Assembly (NCBI GenBank): GCA_031367385.1
Contig: JANLPS010000207.1
Span: 1-11,368, forward strand
DNA: 11,368 nt
Direction: 5' to 3'
DNA from: Archangium sp.
Lineage (GTDB): Bacteria; Myxococcota; Myxococcia; Myxococcales; Myxococcaceae
Positions within the stretch are counted from its first letter, which is position 1, and each line of letters opens with the position of its first letter. Positions 8,804-11,368 of the stretch are shown here, one piece after another. The translations under genes and the position numbers were made by a program. The notes beneath the pieces are model-generated. The model had not been told where the DNA came from and ran no database searches. It saw nothing but the letters and a program-made list of their open reading frames with translations.

Positions 8804-9828
8804 TTCATCAGCTTCTGCCAGCGCGGGGGAAACTTCGCGTTGGTCACCACGGGCGCGTTGATCGCCACGAAGTACTGGGCGCGCCGATTTCGCGGCTCAT
8901 CGGTCTCGTCGGGCGTTTCGACCGCGAGCGCCTCTTCGCCGAAGCCCTCGAAGAACATCGGTATCTTCAGGCCCTTGGCTCGAAACGCCCGCACCAGCGC
9001 GCTGGCGCGGTTGAGTGAGAGCACCCGATTCGAGTCGGTGGGCCCCACGCTGTCGGTGTGACCGGCGATGAAGAGCTTCACGTCGGCGAACCGGCCAAAC
9101 TTGTCGACCGCGGCGGCGATGAGCTTGGCGCTGGCGTCGATCTTCGTCTGTTGATCTGGCCTGAGATCGAACCGGCCGCTGTCGAAGACGACTTCTTCGT
9201 GCGGTATCTCAATCGCCCAGGGGAAAAAATCGGTGCCGGTGTACGCGCCCGCGATGTCATGCGCCACCACGCTGATCTGCAGGGGAGCCCCGGGCGCTTC
9301 GGGCCAGGTCAGCTCGAGCGGTGTGCCAGGTGCCTCGCCGTGAAACTCGATCTCGTCGTTGAACGCGTACATCCCCGTGTCCATCTTCACTTTGAGGGTG
9401 ACCTTGGCGACCGGGTTGGTCAATCGCAGCGTCAGGCGGCGGTGCACCAGGTCGATGTCTCGATCTTTGTCGATTTTCATGACCAGCGGGCCGACCACGT
9501 CGGTGTCGAACTCGACCGGCAGCTCACCCGTCGACCCGTTGGGAAAATCGATGCTCAGCGACCCGGCCCAGCTGAAGTGGCCGATCTCGCTCTCGAGCCG
9601 AATCGCGCGGGTGGTGCCTGGCTTGCCGCCGCCCTTCACGTCGACGACTTTGCCGTCGCTGCGCTTGAGCACCAGCCGGTAGCCCGTGATGGGCTCGAGC
9701 ACCGAGACCTTCACCGTGGGCACGCCCCGGCCGATCATCACCCGGCTGTTCGTGACCGCCAGGTCGACGGCGTTCGCGTGCGCGATGAGTGCGAACAGCA
9801 ACGTGGCAAAGAAAACCCAACGCATCAT
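8800..9828 (-). CDS. Exported OmpA family protein with uncharacterised beta-rich N-terminal region
   Basis: Signal peptide MMRWVFFATLLFALIAHA. C-terminal OmpA_C motifs VVFDSG, IAGHTDSVG, NRVLSLNRA, GFGEE, NRRAQY. Confidence 0.9.
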   Translation of the reverse strand: MMRWVFFATLLFALIAHANAVDLAVTNSRVMIGRGVPTVKVSVLEPITGYRLVLKRSDGKVVDVKGGGKPGTTRAIRLESEIGHFSWAGSLSIDFPNGSTGELPVEFDTDVVGPLVMKIDKDRDIDLVHRRLTLRLTNPVAKVTLKVKMDTGMYAFNDEIEFHGEAPGTPLELTWPEAPGAPLQISVVAHDIAGAYTGTDFFPWAIEIPHEEVVFDSGRFDLRPDQQTKIDASAKLIAAAVDKFGRFADVKLFIAGHTDSVGPTDSNRVLSLNRASALVRAFRAKGLKIPMFFEGFGEEALAVETPDETDEPRNRRAQYFVAINAPVVTNAKFPPRWQKLMK

Positions 9829-9832
9829 GGAG

Positions 9833-10684
9833 TCAGGCCGTTCTGCGCCGCGCAGGCAGCGCGATGCGGGTGATTCGCCGGTAGAATTTATTCGAAAATG
9901 GCAGCTCTTTGCGCGCCAGAAGGTCGGCCTCGTTGGCCCACACCAGCTCGTTCGAGAAGGGGTCGAAGAGCTGCCAGGCGCGGCTGCGCCCCGAGCGCAT
10001 CACCTGAAGGGCGATGACCAGGCGGCCGGTGCTCCCCGCGGTGTTGCCCAGCCCCAAAGGCACCGGGAGGCCCTCTTCGAGCAGCTCACCCGCCGCCTCG
10101 ACCGCGGCCTCGAGGGTCATGCCAGCCTCGTCGTCGACCTCAGCCTCGTGCCAGCTCAGCCCGTGGGCCCGGGTCGCCTCGTACAGCAGTGCGCTCAGCC
10201 CACTCGAGGGCGCGCCGACGGGAGCCAAGACCGCCTGCGACGCGCTGAGCACCGCTGGGAGCGCATCAGTCGAATCGGCCACGAACGACGCGGTGATTCG
10301 ACGAAGCGTGCTCACGTCGGCTTTGGGTTTCGCGGCGGTGAGTGGCGCTTCATCGTCGTCGGGCTCGAGCGTGCCCCCCTTGAGCTCGAAGGCGAACAAC
10401 GGGTCGGCCTCGGCCCGCAGCAGCTGCGTCACCGTGTAGTCGCGCGGAGCGTCTTGATCGAGCGTGCACGCGGCGAAGGCCTCGTCGTCGGCCATGCCGC
10501 GGAGCTGGTCGGCAAAGGCGTGCACCTCGTTCGGCGTGTGACCCGCGGCGACGGCCCGTTGGAGCAGCTCCTGCTGAAGCGCGGTGGCGGCGTCGTCGAG
10601 CAGCTCGCCCAGCAAGCGCTTGGCCCGGGTCGGCCAGCGGGTCAGCTCGGCCTGGGCCTCTTTCGACAGCGAAGGCTTGGTCAC
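9833..10684 (-). CDS. Hypothetical protein, possible catalytically inactive papain-like/C39-type peptidase fold
   Basis: 283-aa ORF with GC3 bias, GTGA-coupled to the upstream gene and ending 4 nt before the OmpA gene. C-terminal pattern LEEGLPVPLGLG...GRLVIAL...WQLFDP recalls the GxPV...HxV...DP strands of C39-like folds. The CDS is well supported; the fold call is tentative. Confidence 0.75.
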   Translation of the reverse strand: MTKPSLSKEAQAELTRWPTRAKRLLGELLDDAATALQQELLQRAVAAGHTPNEVHAFADQLRGMADDEAFAACTLDQDAPRDYTVTQLLRAEADPLFAFELKGGTLEPDDDEAPLTAAKPKADVSTLRRITASFVADSTDALPAVLSASQAVLAPVGAPSSGLSALLYEATRAHGLSWHEAEVDDEAGMTLEAAVEAAGELLEEGLPVPLGLGNTAGSTGRLVIALQVMRSGRSRAWQLFDPFSNELVWANEADLLARKELPFSNKFYRRITRIALPARRRTA

Positions 10685-11052
10685 CGGCCGCTCCGGGGCA
10701 GCTGCTGGGCCGCGCGGCGTACCGCGGTCATCACTCCGCCCACCAGGGCCAACCGCTCGAAGTGCGCCGCGAGCAGCGGGCCGTCAGCGTCATGCTTGAG
10801 CCGAGTCGCCCACCGGCGCAGGAGCGACGCGAGCGCGGCGTCATCAGCAAACCGCTCACCGGCGAGCTGGCGCACCACGGCGGCCGATTCTCGAACCGAG
10901 CCGCGCAGCGAGCGCAGCGCCTGCGCACACGCATCGAGCTGACGCTGCGGCACGTTCGCCCCGCGAAGCTCATCGAGCTCGTCGAGCAACACCTCGCCGT
11001 TGAGCTCGCGGCTCAAGAACGGAGACGACGGCTGAGACCTCGAAGGCGCCAC
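10681..11052 (-). CDS. Hypothetical alpha-helical protein
   Basis: 123-aa ORF, L/A/R/E-rich, with its stop overlapping the next start (GTGA at 10681-10684). Start codon (GTG 11052) uncertain. Confidence 0.7.
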   Translation of the reverse strand: MAPSRSQPSSPFLSRELNGEVLLDELDELRGANVPQRQLDACAQALRSLRGSVRESAAVVRQLAGERFADDAALASLLRRWATRLKHDADGPLLAAHFERLALVGGVMTAVRRAAQQLPRSGR

Positions 11053-11135
11053 GGGTCGCGAACACTACCCAACTTCGCAAAGGTTGCACCGATGCACCGG
11101 CGACCACGCTCACGGCCACCCTCAACACGCCATGC

Positions 11136-11183
11136 ATATTATAATCATACTTATAATCACACCTATCGTAACCGTGATTACGA
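11136..11183. promoter_or_regulatory. AT-rich repeat/palindrome cluster (site 2) upstream of the 11052 operon; candidate promoter/operator
   Basis: 21 of 25 nt in 11136-11160 are A/T. Direct repeat TTATAATCA at 11139 and 11151. Inverted repeats TAATCAC-N13-GTGATTA (11154-11180) and TCGTAA-N6-TTACGA (11166-11183). TATAAT on the - strand at 11143-11138. Confidence 0.55.
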
Positions 11184-11252
11184 GTCGATCGTCGCGGCCG
11201 GGCCCAACGAAGACCCGCCAGGTCGCCAGTACCCGCTCACCGGAGCGAGCAG

Positions 11253-11368
11253 CTACACCGTCTCCGGGGCGACTCCGACGACCGAGATGCCCAGTTGCTT
11301 GGCCCACTTGAAGACGAGCTCGGCATCGAGCACCACCGTCTTGCCTGCCTCGATGGCCAGAACGCTGG
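11253..11368 (-). CDS. lpxI: UDP-2,3-diacylglucosamine diphosphatase LpxI, C-terminal fragment (5' part outside window)
   Basis: Manual translation of the - strand from 11366 gives SVLAIEAGKTVVLDAELVFKWAKQLGISVVGVAPETV*. This matches the LpxI C-terminal pattern (LAxEAGKTxxxD...A...GIxxxG). Stop TAG at 11255-11253. Only 37 aa are visible. Confidence 0.78.
   Translation of the reverse strand, partial: SVLAIEAGKTVVLDAELVFKWAKQLGISVVGVAPETV

Noticed and set aside
9686..10942. Long antisense ORFs (418 aa here; also 1805-2479, 2683-3258, 3357-3959, 6832-7632, 7443-8312, 9058-9873)
   Set aside because: These are shadow ORFs overlapping well-supported genes, expected in high-GC DNA, with no recognisable motifs.
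8773..11183. IS or transposon bounded by the AT-rich sites
   Set aside because: No transposase or integrase, no clear target-site duplication, and the enclosed genes look compositionally native.
11234..11247. CGCTC-ACCG-GAGCG hairpin just after the lpxI stop
   Set aside because: 5-bp stem without a U-tract; too weak to call a terminator.
11084..11311. Short ORFs with hydrophobic stretches (MHIIIILIITPIVTVIT on +; VITVTIGVIISMIIICMAC on -) as small membrane toxins
   Set aside because: Both hydrophobic runs are by-products of the AT-rich triplet-periodic site. The ORFs overlap lpxI and have atypical codon usage.

Overview
GC-rich bacterial DNA with a strongly myxobacterial (Myxococcota-like) gene inventory: a PEGA-domain protein, a membrane Hanks-type Ser/Thr kinase and a TSP3-OmpA lipoprotein. 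The taxon is inferred from gene content only. The window is gene-dense and mostly envelope-related. In order: (1) the 3' part of a + strand operon with a TauB/SsuB-type ABC ATPase (5'-truncated) coupled to a membrane-anchored coiled-coil protein; (2) a DUF2141 lipoprotein; (3) a - strand coupled operon, DUF4398 lipoprotein -> DUF4398/TSP3/OmpA lipoprotein -> Crp/Fnr regulator, whose last gene overlaps DUF2141 convergently by 109 nt; (4) a small hypothetical protein plus a DUF962/Mpo1-like gene; (5) a secreted TPR/PEGA protein divergent from a Ser/Thr kinase; (6) a - strand three-gene operon encoding a hypothetical protein, a probable catalytically dead papain/C39-like protein and an exported OmpA protein; (7) the 3' end of lpxI at the right edge, absent from the ORF track. 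No rRNA, tRNA, CRISPR array or mobile element was seen. The most unusual signals are two AT-rich palindromic sites of identical architecture (TARTCA-N15-TGATTA) bracketing the three-gene operon, and the putative pseudo-peptidase inside it. No novel system is proven from sequence alone.
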